Origin: Lachnospiraceae bacterium
Lineage (GTDB): Bacteria > Bacillota > Clostridia > Lachnospirales > Lachnospiraceae
Assembly: GCA_014804755.1 (NCBI GenBank)
Contig: JAAUZE010000008.1
Location: 100,109 to 164,108, forward strand
DNA: 64,000 nucleotides
Reading direction: 5' to 3'
The notes below the pieces were generated by a model that did no database searches, was not told the DNA's origin, and saw only the letters and a program-made list of their open reading frames with translations. Both the position numbers and the translations under genes were made by a program. Shown here in pieces: positions 10,623 to 19,392 of the stretch. Numbering within the stretch: position 1 is the first letter of the stretch; every line of letters starts with the position of its first letter.

Positions 10623-10892
10623 ATGATGTATCCTTTTTTGACTTTAGAGGACAACACAGAAATTGTACATTCGGAGCAATTGGAAAATGGGGAGGTAAAG
10701 GTATATGTTGAGACACCTGATGAAAAGGATTGTTTTCACAACATGACCTGTTATCTGCCGTCTTATCGCATGGAGGTTCATGGTTATTCAGAGGAACAAG
10801 TCAAATATTATATGGATATTATTAAATCTACGGCACACCTTATTATGGAATTTTCACGAGAAGGAGGATTTATGAATGCCTCGGGTTTTTAA
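10623..10892 (+). CDS. hypothetical protein, partner of the DUF4160 gene
   Basis: 89 aa ORF with SD; overlaps the next gene by 17 nt. Confidence 0.4.
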   Translation: MMYPFLTLEDNTEIVHSEQLENGEVKVYVETPDEKDCFHNMTCYLPSYRMEVHGYSEEQVKYYMDIIKSTAHLIMEFSREGGFMNASGF

Positions 10893-11154
10893 AATCGGCT
10901 CCTATTGGGTTTACTTTTGGGCGAATGAAGGAAGACCGAGTGAGCCTGTACATGTGCATGTGTCAGAAGGAAATCCGTCAGCAAACGCTACAAAGATATG
11001 GATTACTGCTTCGGGTAAATGCCTGCTGGCACATAATAATTCCGATATACCACCAAATGCATTGCGGAATATTATGAGAATCATAGAAGCACGCAGTGAG
11101 GAAGTGATTCAGAAATGGATTTTATTTTTTGGGACGGAAACATATTATTGTTAA
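10876..11154 (+). CDS. DUF4160-like protein
   Basis: 'MPRVFKIGSYWVYFWANEG...PVHVHV' pattern typical of DUF4160. SD GAAGGAGGA. Confidence 0.55.
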   Translation: MPRVFKIGSYWVYFWANEGRPSEPVHVHVSEGNPSANATKIWITASGKCLLAHNNSDIPPNALRNIMRIIEARSEEVIQKWILFFGTETYYC

Positions 11155-11239
11155 TGTCGTTGCAATTAGTGAGTTTAGCCAATATTGGGCTTTTAAATTT
11201 GTGAAGAGGAGGTTTCTATGATGAAAGGAAAGCAGTTTT

Positions 11240-11998
11240 ATGAATAGAGATCACTTTAAAACCATTTGGAAACAGGAAGAGGAAATAGCGCATATTCACG
11301 GTTGGGATTTTTCGCATATTCATGGGAGATACGAAGAAGAAAATGACTTGCCGTGGGATTATGAAAAGATCGTCAGAAGTCACTTAAAAAGCCACTTGGA
11401 TATACTGGATTATGATACGGGCGGCGGCGAGCTTTTACTATCCTTACATCACCCATATGACAAAACATCCGCAACGGAAGGGTATCCGCCCAATGTGGAT
11501 TTGTGTAAGGAAACACTACTTCCGTTGGGGATAAATTTCAAGGAATGCAATGATCCGACAAACATCCCATTTGCCGATGAGGCATTTGACTTAATGATCA
11601 ATCGGCATGGTGATTTTGACGCAAGAGAAATATTTCGATTACTGCGGCAGGATGGTGTGTTTATCACAGAACAGGTGGGCGAAGATAATGATAGGGATTT
11701 AGTGGAAATGGTATTGCCCGGAACAGACAAGCCGTTTCCTGATCTGAATCTTGCAAAGCAGCGGAAGAACTTTGAAGAGGCAGGTTTTCAGATTATGCAG
11801 GCGGAAGAAGCCTACCGTCCGATCACGTTCTATGACGTAGGCGCATTCGTTTGGTTTGCACATATCATTGAATGGGAATTCCCTGATTTTTCGGTGGATC
11901 GGTGTTTTGAGCGGCTGTTGAAAATGCAGGAGATGATTGAAAAAGACGGAAAAGTGGAAGGAACTATTCATCGTTATTTGATCGTTGCAAAAAAATAA
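11240..11998 (+). CDS. SAM-dependent methyltransferase-like protein
   Basis: 'LDYDTGGGELL' motif I-like segment. Confidence 0.55.
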   Translation: MNRDHFKTIWKQEEEIAHIHGWDFSHIHGRYEEENDLPWDYEKIVRSHLKSHLDILDYDTGGGELLLSLHHPYDKTSATEGYPPNVDLCKETLLPLGINFKECNDPTNIPFADEAFDLMINRHGDFDAREIFRLLRQDGVFITEQVGEDNDRDLVEMVLPGTDKPFPDLNLAKQRKNFEEAGFQIMQAEEAYRPITFYDVGAFVWFAHIIEWEFPDFSVDRCFERLLKMQEMIEKDGKVEGTIHRYLIVAKK

Positions 11999-12002
11999 GG
12001 AA

Positions 12003-12040
12003 ATGAGCCGTTGCCCGCCGTGGGTGGCGGCTCATTTTGG
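12003..12040 (+). terminator. rho-independent terminator
   Basis: Stem ATGAGCCG...CGGCTCAT followed by TTTTGG. Confidence 0.55.
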
Positions 12041-12130
12041 CAGTTTGATGAAAGATTAAGAAGCAAAGGTCAAAAATATTTTTTTTTGAAAAACGAGAGA
12101 AAGTTTTGCGGTTACAAATCGCAAAACGCA

Positions 12131-12159
12131 TTGATTTTGAGAGAGAATAAGGGTATACT
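12131..12159 (+). promoter_or_regulatory. sigma-A type promoter (TTGATT-17-TATACT)
   Basis: Sequence match only; lies upstream of the ATPase gene. Confidence 0.4.
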
Positions 12160-12181
12160 TTTCTTGGAGAGGGGTGATTAC

Positions 12182-13393
12182 ATGATAGATAGGCCAATGT
12201 ATATTGATAAAGTGATGGCGTATACGGATGCGCCTTTCGTTAAAATTCTTACGGGTGTCCGTCGATGCGGTAAGTCTACCATACTTAAAATGATCATGGA
12301 GAGGCTGCGCGATGAAAGAGCCATACCGGAAAGTCAGATCGTTAGTTATCGGTTCGATTCGATGGAATATGAAGACATGACTGCAAAGCAGATGTATGCA
12401 GAATTGAAAAGCAGACTCAGCACGAACGGGAGAACTTACTTTTTTTTGGATGAAATACAGGAAGTTTCGGGTTGGGAAAAGGTTGTCAATTCTTTGGTAT
12501 CGGATTTTGATGTGGATTTGTATGTTACCGGGTCAAATTCTAAAATGATGTCTTCAGAGATATCTACGTATCTAACGGGAAGATATATTGCTTTTCGAAT
12601 TTACACACTGTCTTTTCAGGAGTATTTGACATTCAAAGGTCAGCATACTCTGCTAAAAGATACGAGAACGGAACTGGCAGATTATATTCGGCGTGGTGGT
12701 TTTCCGGCCGTTCATCTTCAAGACTATAGTTTGGATGAAATAGATACGATTGTTCGCGACATCTATAATTCCACGATTTTTTCAGATATTGTAAGGCGGA
12801 ATCAGGTTCGCAAGATTGACCAATTAGAGCGCGTTGTGAAATATACATTCCATAATGTAGGAAATACATTCTCAGCAAAATCAATTTCAGACTATTTGAA
12901 GGCGGAGCGCAGGTCTTTGGATAATGAGACGGTATACAGTTATTTGGAGAAACTGGAAAAGGCTTATCTGCTACATCGTTGCTCACGTTATGATTTGCGG
13001 GGCAAGGAAATATTGAAAACACAGGAGAAATTTTATTTGGCAGATACGTCGCTTCGCTATAGTGTTTTGGGATATCAGGCTAATATGACAGCATCTAGTC
13101 TTGAAAATATCGTCTATTTGGAATTATGCCGCCGTGGATATACGGTATATATCGGAAAGACAGACGATGGGGAAGTGGACTTTGTCGCAGTTCGCCAGAA
13201 TGAGAAAGTTTACGTTCAGGTTACGCAGAAGATTGATTCGGAAAAGACAGAGGAGCGGGAATATAAACGGCTGTTGGAAATTCGGGACAATTATCCGAAA
13301 TATGTGTTGCGGACAGATGAATTTGCCGAGGGTAATTATGATGGAATTAAGACGATGCATGTGGCGGATTTTTTGTTAAGTCAGGAATACTAA
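12182..13393 (+). CDS. AAA-family ATPase (DUF4143-type)
   Basis: Walker A 'GVRRCGKST'. SD GGAGAGGGG precedes the ATG at 12182; the longer ORF would run through the upstream terminator. Confidence 0.8.
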   Translation: MIDRPMYIDKVMAYTDAPFVKILTGVRRCGKSTILKMIMERLRDERAIPESQIVSYRFDSMEYEDMTAKQMYAELKSRLSTNGRTYFFLDEIQEVSGWEKVVNSLVSDFDVDLYVTGSNSKMMSSEISTYLTGRYIAFRIYTLSFQEYLTFKGQHTLLKDTRTELADYIRRGGFPAVHLQDYSLDEIDTIVRDIYNSTIFSDIVRRNQVRKIDQLERVVKYTFHNVGNTFSAKSISDYLKAERRSLDNETVYSYLEKLEKAYLLHRCSRYDLRGKEILKTQEKFYLADTSLRYSVLGYQANMTASSLENIVYLELCRRGYTVYIGKTDDGEVDFVAVRQNEKVYVQVTQKIDSEKTEEREYKRLLEIRDNYPKYVLRTDEFAEGNYDGIKTMHVADFLLSQEY

Positions 13394-13401
13394 TGCCTTG
13401 A

Positions 13402-14316
13402 ATGTGTAAAGGGATCATGTGGTTGGAGGAACTTATGAAAATCGGAGAAGTCAGTCTGCTGACAAATGATATAGCGGAAAGGAACATCCAATTGGACAGC
13501 AAAGACCTTATCCTATCAAAAGTCCATAAGCTGATGGCGGCATATCGGGACGGCCTGCTCGGCGGCGAAAGGCTGAAAGAATGCAATTCTTTCAACCACG
13601 AATCTGTACCGCATAGCACAAATTCACAGGCTGGAAAAGGGGCATGGATCATCAAGATGCCGGAACATGAGAACCCCGGTTTGGACAGGGCCTCGAAAGA
13701 GAACTACTTGTATTTTACGTTGCCGATGGCGTTGAATTATCAAAGAAATTCGTATGTTTTGTGGGAGTGCGCCAATCGGTTATACAAGAATGTGCCGGAG
13801 ATTTTTGACTGCGGACATGTATTGCGGATGGCGGAAGCCGATTTGAAAGATTTGCTGGTTCAATATAAGGTCGCATTGCAGCCGAATAAGCAGTCGGTCA
13901 TTTGGAAAACGCTCTGCGCCACGTTCCACGACAAATACGGTGGCGATGTACGGAGCTTTTTCTCGGCGATGAATTATGAAGTATCTGCCATAAAAGAATC
14001 CATAAGCAGGAATAAAAAAGCATTTCCTTATTTGGGCGGCAGTAAAATATGTAATTACTGGCTGTATGTGATGGAGCAGTACACCGATGCAAAATTTGTT
14101 GACCGCGAACATATTACTGTGGCGCCGGATACGCATGTCATCCAGGCGAGTGAGAAGCTGGGCGTGATCAGTGCGGAAGAGGCAAAAAGAGCAGATGTTC
14201 AGCAAATCGTTGCGGATAGATGGAATGAGCTGCTGCGCGGTACGGAATATGTTCCCATTGATATTCATACGCCGATGTGGCTGTGGAGCAGGGGGAAATT
14301 TAAAACAATATTGTAA
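13402..14316 (+). CDS. hypothetical protein with HhH-GPD-like signatures
   Basis: 'FPYLGGSKICNYWL' resembles an HhH hairpin and 'VAPDTHVIQASEKLGV' resembles the catalytic Asp region of endonuclease III-like glycosylases. Start could be 13417 or 13435. Confidence 0.45.
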   Translation: MCKGIMWLEELMKIGEVSLLTNDIAERNIQLDSKDLILSKVHKLMAAYRDGLLGGERLKECNSFNHESVPHSTNSQAGKGAWIIKMPEHENPGLDRASKENYLYFTLPMALNYQRNSYVLWECANRLYKNVPEIFDCGHVLRMAEADLKDLLVQYKVALQPNKQSVIWKTLCATFHDKYGGDVRSFFSAMNYEVSAIKESISRNKKAFPYLGGSKICNYWLYVMEQYTDAKFVDREHITVAPDTHVIQASEKLGVISAEEAKRADVQQIVADRWNELLRGTEYVPIDIHTPMWLWSRGKFKTIL

Positions 14317-14332
14317 AGCAAAAGCTAAACAA

Positions 14333-14365
14333 TTGCTTTACAAATACAGAACCGCGTGATAGAAT
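14333..14365 (+). promoter_or_regulatory. promoter TTGCTT-18-TGaTAGAAT (extended -10)
   Basis: Sequence match upstream of the toxin-antitoxin pair. Confidence 0.4.
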
Positions 14366-14393
14366 GGAAGGGTAAAAAGAAGGAGCGGTAATT

Positions 14394-14654
14394 ATGGCAC
14401 AGGCAATGATTAATTTTCGGATGGATGAAGAATTAAAAAAGAATATGGAAGAAATTTGCAAAGATTTAGGATTAAGCATGACAACCGCATTTACTATTTT
14501 TGCAAAAAAAATGACAAGAGAAAAAAGAATTCCGTTTGATGTATCGTTAGATCCGTTTTATTCAGAAAGTAATATGTCATATTTGAAAAAGGTAGTAGAC
14601 GATATTGAATCAGGAAAATCGGTTCTTTCTGAGCATGAATTACTCGAGGATTAA
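14394..14654 (+). CDS. type II antitoxin, RelB/DinJ family
   Basis: 'MAQAMINFRMDEELKK...FTIFAKKM' ribbon-helix-helix pattern; lies 3 nt upstream of the toxin gene. Confidence 0.7.
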   Translation: MAQAMINFRMDEELKKNMEEICKDLGLSMTTAFTIFAKKMTREKRIPFDVSLDPFYSESNMSYLKKVVDDIESGKSVLSEHELLED

Positions 14655-14657
14655 TGC

Positions 14658-14921
14658 ATGAAGATACTTTGGGAGGAGCGCGCCTGGGAAGAATACTTAG
14701 AGTGGCAGATACAAGACAAGAAAACATTAAAAAGGATTAATGCTCTCATCAAAGAGATACAAAGGAACTGCTACGAAGGGATTGGTAAGCCGGAACCATT
14801 AAAAAATAATTTAAGTGGGTGGTGGAGCAGGCGTATTGATGAAGTAAATCGAATTGTTTATAAAGAAAAAGATGGAGCGGTTATTATAGCATCATGCAAG
14901 GGACATTATGAGGATACATAA
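14658..14921 (+). CDS. yoeB: type II toxin YoeB/Txe family
   Basis: 'WEEYLEWQ...KPEPLKNNLSGWWSRRIDEVNRIVY' closely matches the YoeB consensus. Confidence 0.85.
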   Translation: MKILWEERAWEEYLEWQIQDKKTLKRINALIKEIQRNCYEGIGKPEPLKNNLSGWWSRRIDEVNRIVYKEKDGAVIIASCKGHYEDT

Positions 14922-14953
14922 TGTCCCTTGTTGCGGTATGAAGATCATTTGGG

Positions 14954-15820
14954 TTAGAAATTGTTGTGCCGCAAATAGCATCGAAACGCTTCCGCAACAT
15001 ATTCCGCAGAACCGGTGCCGTTTTTGGTGTCAAAAACGGATCTCAAATAGTCAGTGGAATAGAGATCGATGATCAGGCGGCAATAATTGGCCTGATCGCC
15101 GACCAATTCAGATGGGGCGTTTCCCTGTGCGCGGGCGATGATTTCCTGAACGATTTGCTGCACCTCATCTGAGGAAACGTCCTTTTCTTTATTGGCGGCC
15201 AATTTCACAAAAAGATCCTGCTTCATTTCTTCGGGGATTTCGGAAACCCATTTTTCCATGATCTCTGAAAAATGAGCCAGATTTTCTTTCATCGCCGCGG
15301 TATACGCTTCCATGCTGCCGAACTGTTTGATAGCAAGCTTTGCGACGTTCGGTTCGTCGTCCTTGATTTTTTGAATAAACAGATCATAATTCTCTACACT
15401 GCCCCAGTATTTGATCACCTCATTGGTATTGCGATTCTTGAACTCCTCCAACGCATGAATATAATCGGATAAGTCAAATTCCTTGAAACTCATACAGTTT
15501 TCTCCTTTCTCTAAACGGTCAAGGAGCTGTATCAGCCGGTCTGTGCGGTTGCGCTTTAACAGAAGCAGTTCTTTTTGCTTTTTGAAAGCAGCGATCCTGT
15601 CAAAATCGGGCTTCTCCAATATATCCCGGATATCCTTTAGCTTGAAACCTAATTCCTTGAAAAATAAGATCTGCTGTAATGTCTGTAACGCTTCATCATT
15701 GTACAGGCGGTAACCGGACGGCGTTGTTTCGCTTGGCTTGAGCAGTCCGATTTCGTCATAATACTGCAATGTGCGTACACTGACGTTGGTCAATTTCGCA
15801 ACTTGGCTTGTGGTCCGCAT
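14954..15820 (-). CDS. MerR-family regulator with C-terminal TipAS-like domain
   Basis: 'MRTTSQVAKLTNVSVRTLQYYDEIGLL' MerR helix-turn-helix. SD AAGGAG precedes the ATG at 15820. Confidence 0.8.
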   Translation of the reverse strand: MRTTSQVAKLTNVSVRTLQYYDEIGLLKPSETTPSGYRLYNDEALQTLQQILFFKELGFKLKDIRDILEKPDFDRIAAFKKQKELLLLKRNRTDRLIQLLDRLEKGENCMSFKEFDLSDYIHALEEFKNRNTNEVIKYWGSVENYDLFIQKIKDDEPNVAKLAIKQFGSMEAYTAAMKENLAHFSEIMEKWVSEIPEEMKQDLFVKLAANKEKDVSSDEVQQIVQEIIARAQGNAPSELVGDQANYCRLIIDLYSTDYLRSVFDTKNGTGSAEYVAEAFRCYLRHNNF

Positions 15821-15977
15821 GGGAATCAACTCCTTGCCGATCAGGATTGCGGAATGGTTTCGCAATCACTTGTGGGTTTATAGCCAATCAAAACAGGCTT
15901 AACATATCGTAGGAAGCAGGAAGGAACTGCCGGCCGGTATCATTACTGCTCTCCTGAAAAAAGAATACCGTATCACG

Positions 15978-16790
15978 TTACGTTGAAGTCAAGAGTTTTT
16001 TTGCCACAAAGAGAAAATGATTTGTCTTTCCAAGGTGCTCCGGTTTTTCACAATAAAAGAGGTGCAGTTTCAAATATTGCGCATATCCGGCATCATCAAG
16101 CTGATTGATTCGATCCTCCAATAATTCACTCATGCCGTCTGAGGCGATTTCGTGAATGATAGTAAGATCATTACGGGTGAGCATTTCACGACATTGATTT
16201 AGGTTAAAAAATACAAATGGGAAATTAACTGTTTTGAACGTTTCCCTATCATACTCACCGGTCAGAAGATAGTCCGGGTTATAGCCCCATTCCGTGTAGT
16301 GGAGCATGTCATTATTAATAAAAGCGACAAACAGGGTACCGTCTTTTTTCAACACTCGTTTCGCTTCCCTAATTGCTGTGTTCCGATCCTTTTCATCGTG
16401 CAAATGATAAAGCGGACCGAATAACAGGACAATATCAAACGTTTCATCGTCAAAATCGGATAGGTCGAGAGCGTTTCCCTGTCTGAGATCAATCGTAAGA
16501 CCGTCAGTTATCTTTTCACGGAAATCCGCCACGTTTTTATCCGCAAGTTCAACCGCATTCACGTGGTATCCCTTATTTGCAAAATAAAGACTGTACTCCC
16601 CGGCGCCTGCTCCGAGATCAAGAATTTTCATGCCCTGTTTTAGATATTTTTCAATATATGTGATCGTAGTCGTAAACTCAACTCTGGCTGCATTACTGCA
16701 GTTTAATCTGGATTTTTCATCAAAAAAATGGTAAACAGCATTCACGAGTTCCGCATCGTTCTTGATTTTTTTCAGTTCATTCAGATCCAT
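15978..16790 (-). CDS. class I SAM-dependent methyltransferase
   Basis: 'ILDLGAGAGEYSLYFA' motif I. Confidence 0.7.
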   Translation of the reverse strand: MDLNELKKIKNDAELVNAVYHFFDEKSRLNCSNAARVEFTTTITYIEKYLKQGMKILDLGAGAGEYSLYFANKGYHVNAVELADKNVADFREKITDGLTIDLRQGNALDLSDFDDETFDIVLLFGPLYHLHDEKDRNTAIREAKRVLKKDGTLFVAFINNDMLHYTEWGYNPDYLLTGEYDRETFKTVNFPFVFFNLNQCREMLTRNDLTIIHEIASDGMSELLEDRINQLDDAGYAQYLKLHLFYCEKPEHLGKTNHFLFVAKKLLTST

Positions 16791-16831
16791 TTTCGGTACC
16801 TATCTGAGTTGTTTTGGGGGTAATAGGAATG

Positions 16832-17248
16832 TTATTCTCTCCGAATAATCTTTCTCATACCGCAGCCGCAATATTCGTGCGGTATTTTTTTGAAACCGAG
16901 AGATTCGTAAAACGGTTCTTTTCCCGGCTCCGCAATGAGTTGAATACTTGACCTGCCGCCTGCGGGCGTGTGATCGGATACATAGGTTAACAGCATATTC
17001 AGAATGGTGGTGCCGATTTTTTGCTTTTGAAAATCAGGGCGCACGATGACATCCGCGATCAGATCATATTGTCCGTCGCCGATCAATCTGCCCATGGCGA
17101 TCGTTTCATTATGTTCAACCGCGGTTGCGATATACAGGCTGTTTCGGATCGCATTCTCTGATTGCTCCTTTGAAAAGTTGAGCCATCCGACACTTTCGCG
17201 CAGTTTCGCGTAGTCTTCATAAGATAAGGTATTTTCTTTGTATTCCAT
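16832..17248 (-). CDS. GNAT N-acetyltransferase
   Basis: GNAT motif A 'RPDFQKQKIGTTIL'. SD AAAGGATGA precedes the ATG at 17248. Confidence 0.7.
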   Translation of the reverse strand: MEYKENTLSYEDYAKLRESVGWLNFSKEQSENAIRNSLYIATAVEHNETIAMGRLIGDGQYDLIADVIVRPDFQKQKIGTTILNMLLTYVSDHTPAGGRSSIQLIAEPGKEPFYESLGFKKIPHEYCGCGMRKIIRRE

Positions 17249-17255
17249 GCTGTGT

Positions 17256-17516
17256 TCATCCTTTCCGATTATTCGGGGTGAAAAAGCCCCAGACACAATT
17301 GCTGAATTCTCCGGCGGCAAATGTATGCTGCTGACCATGAATCTTAGCAGTATAAATAGGAAACTTGTATTCCTGACCGTATAAGGGGTCATGAACCGTT
17401 GCGGATTCATGGGTCGGTTTCCATTTGTACTTAAATATATTGACGCCAAATAGGTTTGTATCTCCATCGACACCGGTTACTTCATGCTGCCATGCTTGTT
17501 CTTTCGGGGATTCCAT
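17256..17516 (-). CDS. hypothetical protein (86 aa)
   Basis: Good SD AGGAAAGGAA; ends 8 nt before the GNAT start. Confidence 0.4.
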   Translation of the reverse strand: MESPKEQAWQHEVTGVDGDTNLFGVNIFKYKWKPTHESATVHDPLYGQEYKFPIYTAKIHGQQHTFAAGEFSNCVWGFFTPNNRKG

Positions 17517-17713
17517 ATCGTCGGTTCCTTTCCTTGATAAGCCCTGTCAATCTGGTCTGTTTCATAAAATCATAGCATACTCGCGTTCATATTTCTATAA
17601 CAGTATTGATAAACTGGAATTTTCATGGTATTTGATCGTGAAAGAAATCAGATGGACAACCAGTGTGCGCAATTGCATAATGATTAAAAAACAAAAGAGG
17701 AGCGTGTCTGATT

Positions 17714-18640
17714 ATGAATACGTTACATTGTTGCATGAGGGAATATTTGGAATATTGTCATTATCGGAAGCGGTTGGATTCCAAGACATTGAAGGCTTAT
17801 CGTATTGACTTAAAACAGTATGAGGATTTTTGCGCCGGGGTATCTGATTGTTTTTCCCAAAATGCGGTGGACAATTTTATCACCTGTCTGCACAAACGGT
17901 ATAAGCCCAAAACGGTCAAGCGGAAGATCGCAAGCTTAAAAGCCTTTTTTCATTACATGGAATATAAAGAAATATTGCATGAAAATCCGTTCGTAAAGCT
18001 GGACGTCCGTTTTCGGGAAGCGAAGCTCTTGCCTAAGACCATTCCGTTTCATTCGATACAGGCATTTCTCTCTGCCATCTACACACAAAAAGAACAGGCA
18101 AAATCAGAATATCAGCGGCGATGCTGCGTCAGAGATATTGCCGTGATGGAGTTATTGTTTGCGACAGGAATGCGGATATCGGAGTTGTGTTCGTTAAAAC
18201 CCGCGGATATAGACCTTGAGAGCAATAACATTTTGATATACGGAAAAGGTGCAAAAGAGCGGATGATCCAGCTTGGTAATCGGGAGGTAATCGCTGCGTT
18301 GGTACAGTATCGGGAGACATTTAGAGAGGACATAGAGGTTTGCGGGTATTTTTTTGTGAATCGGTTACAGCATAAGCTATCCGATCAGTCGGTCCGTTTT
18401 ATGATCAATCACTATGCGGAGCTTGCGGGCATCACGCAGCACATCACGCCGCATATGTTCCGGCATTCTTTTGCCACACTTTTATTGGAGCAGGACGTCG
18501 ATATCCGCTATATTCAAAGGATGCTTGGGCACAGCTCCATTAGCACGACGGAGATTTATACGCATGTGTCGAACGCAAAGCAGAAGGATATTTTGGTGCG
18601 CAAGCATCCGAGGAATTTGATGGAGGTGAATGGAGGATAA
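17714..18640 (+). CDS. site-specific tyrosine recombinase (XerC/XerD-like)
   Basis: Catalytic 'HMFRHSFATLLL' and 'LGHSSISTTEIYTHV' (R..H-R-Y box). The stop codon lies inside the left inverted repeat. Confidence 0.85.
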   Translation: MNTLHCCMREYLEYCHYRKRLDSKTLKAYRIDLKQYEDFCAGVSDCFSQNAVDNFITCLHKRYKPKTVKRKIASLKAFFHYMEYKEILHENPFVKLDVRFREAKLLPKTIPFHSIQAFLSAIYTQKEQAKSEYQRRCCVRDIAVMELLFATGMRISELCSLKPADIDLESNNILIYGKGAKERMIQLGNREVIAALVQYRETFREDIEVCGYFFVNRLQHKLSDQSVRFMINHYAELAGITQHITPHMFRHSFATLLLEQDVDIRYIQRMLGHSSISTTEIYTHVSNAKQKDILVRKHPRNLMEVNGG

Positions 18641-18700
18641 TAAGAAATTATCTATTGAATAATGATTTGTATATTGTGAAAAACACCAATTTATCGGAGG
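18634..18700. repeat. IR-L: 67-bp inverted repeat AGGATAATAAGAAATTATCTATTGAATAATGATTTGTATATTGTGAAAAACACCAATTTATCGGAGG
   Basis: Exact reverse complement of 20587-20653. Ends in GGAGG, 5 nt before the ATG at 18706. Confidence 0.9.
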
Positions 18701-18705
18701 TTGAT

Positions 18706-19383
18706 ATGCATGTTCCTAAAGACGCTATTTTAATGCTATCTGGAGTATCATGTGTTGGAAAAACAACTGCAGCGTATGAGATAGTGAAGAATTATCCTGA
18801 ATTTAGAAGAGTAAGTGAATATGATTTGCTGAGAACAGTTGTGCGAACCGCATATGAATGTTTGGCTGAAGAAGCTTATATAGACAAGGATGAATTAATA
18901 AGTAAATATCATGCGTTGTTTGAGTCTATTACAAATAGCAATTTTGAAATTACCAAGTTACAGTCAGAACAATTACTTCCCTACGTTAAGGAGATAATTC
19001 TCAGACAACAAAGGCGACGGATACCAACTATAATAGAAGGTACTGGTATTATACCAAGCGCATATTTTCCTAATAATCAGCCATTAGCATGGTTATCAAA
19101 ACACGTAGTATTTATTAATCTATATATCTCTGACGAGGAAGATCACATTTCCCGAAGACAATCGCGTTCGGAGGAACGTGATTATCATGAATCGGCCAGT
19201 AAAACAGAAATAATTATTTCCCAATCTAGAGCAGGAAAAAATCAGTTATTACATATGCAGGCAATTAAGTTGCAGCAAAAATTTAAAAATGTGTTTAGCT
19301 TGGATGTTTCAAATTATACTCCAAGTCATATGGCAAGCAAAATAATGGAACTTGTTTTTGATTATTTTGATACCTATAACTAA
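18706..19383 (+). CDS. P-loop NTPase/kinase-like protein
   Basis: Walker A 'GVSCVGKTT'. ATG sits 5 nt after the IR-borne GGAGG. The track start 18655 is a TTG inside the repeat. Confidence 0.7.
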   Translation: MHVPKDAILMLSGVSCVGKTTAAYEIVKNYPEFRRVSEYDLLRTVVRTAYECLAEEAYIDKDELISKYHALFESITNSNFEITKLQSEQLLPYVKEIILRQQRRRIPTIIEGTGIIPSAYFPNNQPLAWLSKHVVFINLYISDEEDHISRRQSRSEERDYHESASKTEIIISQSRAGKNQLLHMQAIKLQQKFKNVFSLDVSNYTPSHMASKIMELVFDYFDTYN

Positions 19384-19392
19384 CAATATGAC

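Noticed and set aside
12011-12181. Upstream extension of the AAA ATPase ORF
   Set aside because: It would read through a terminator hairpin (12003-12040) and a promoter-like TTGATT-17-TATACT. An SD precedes the ATG at 12182.
18655-18705. N-terminal extension of the P-loop ORF (track start 18655)
   Set aside because: It begins with TTG inside the inverted repeat. The ATG at 18706 has the GGAGG Shine-Dalgarno at ideal spacing.
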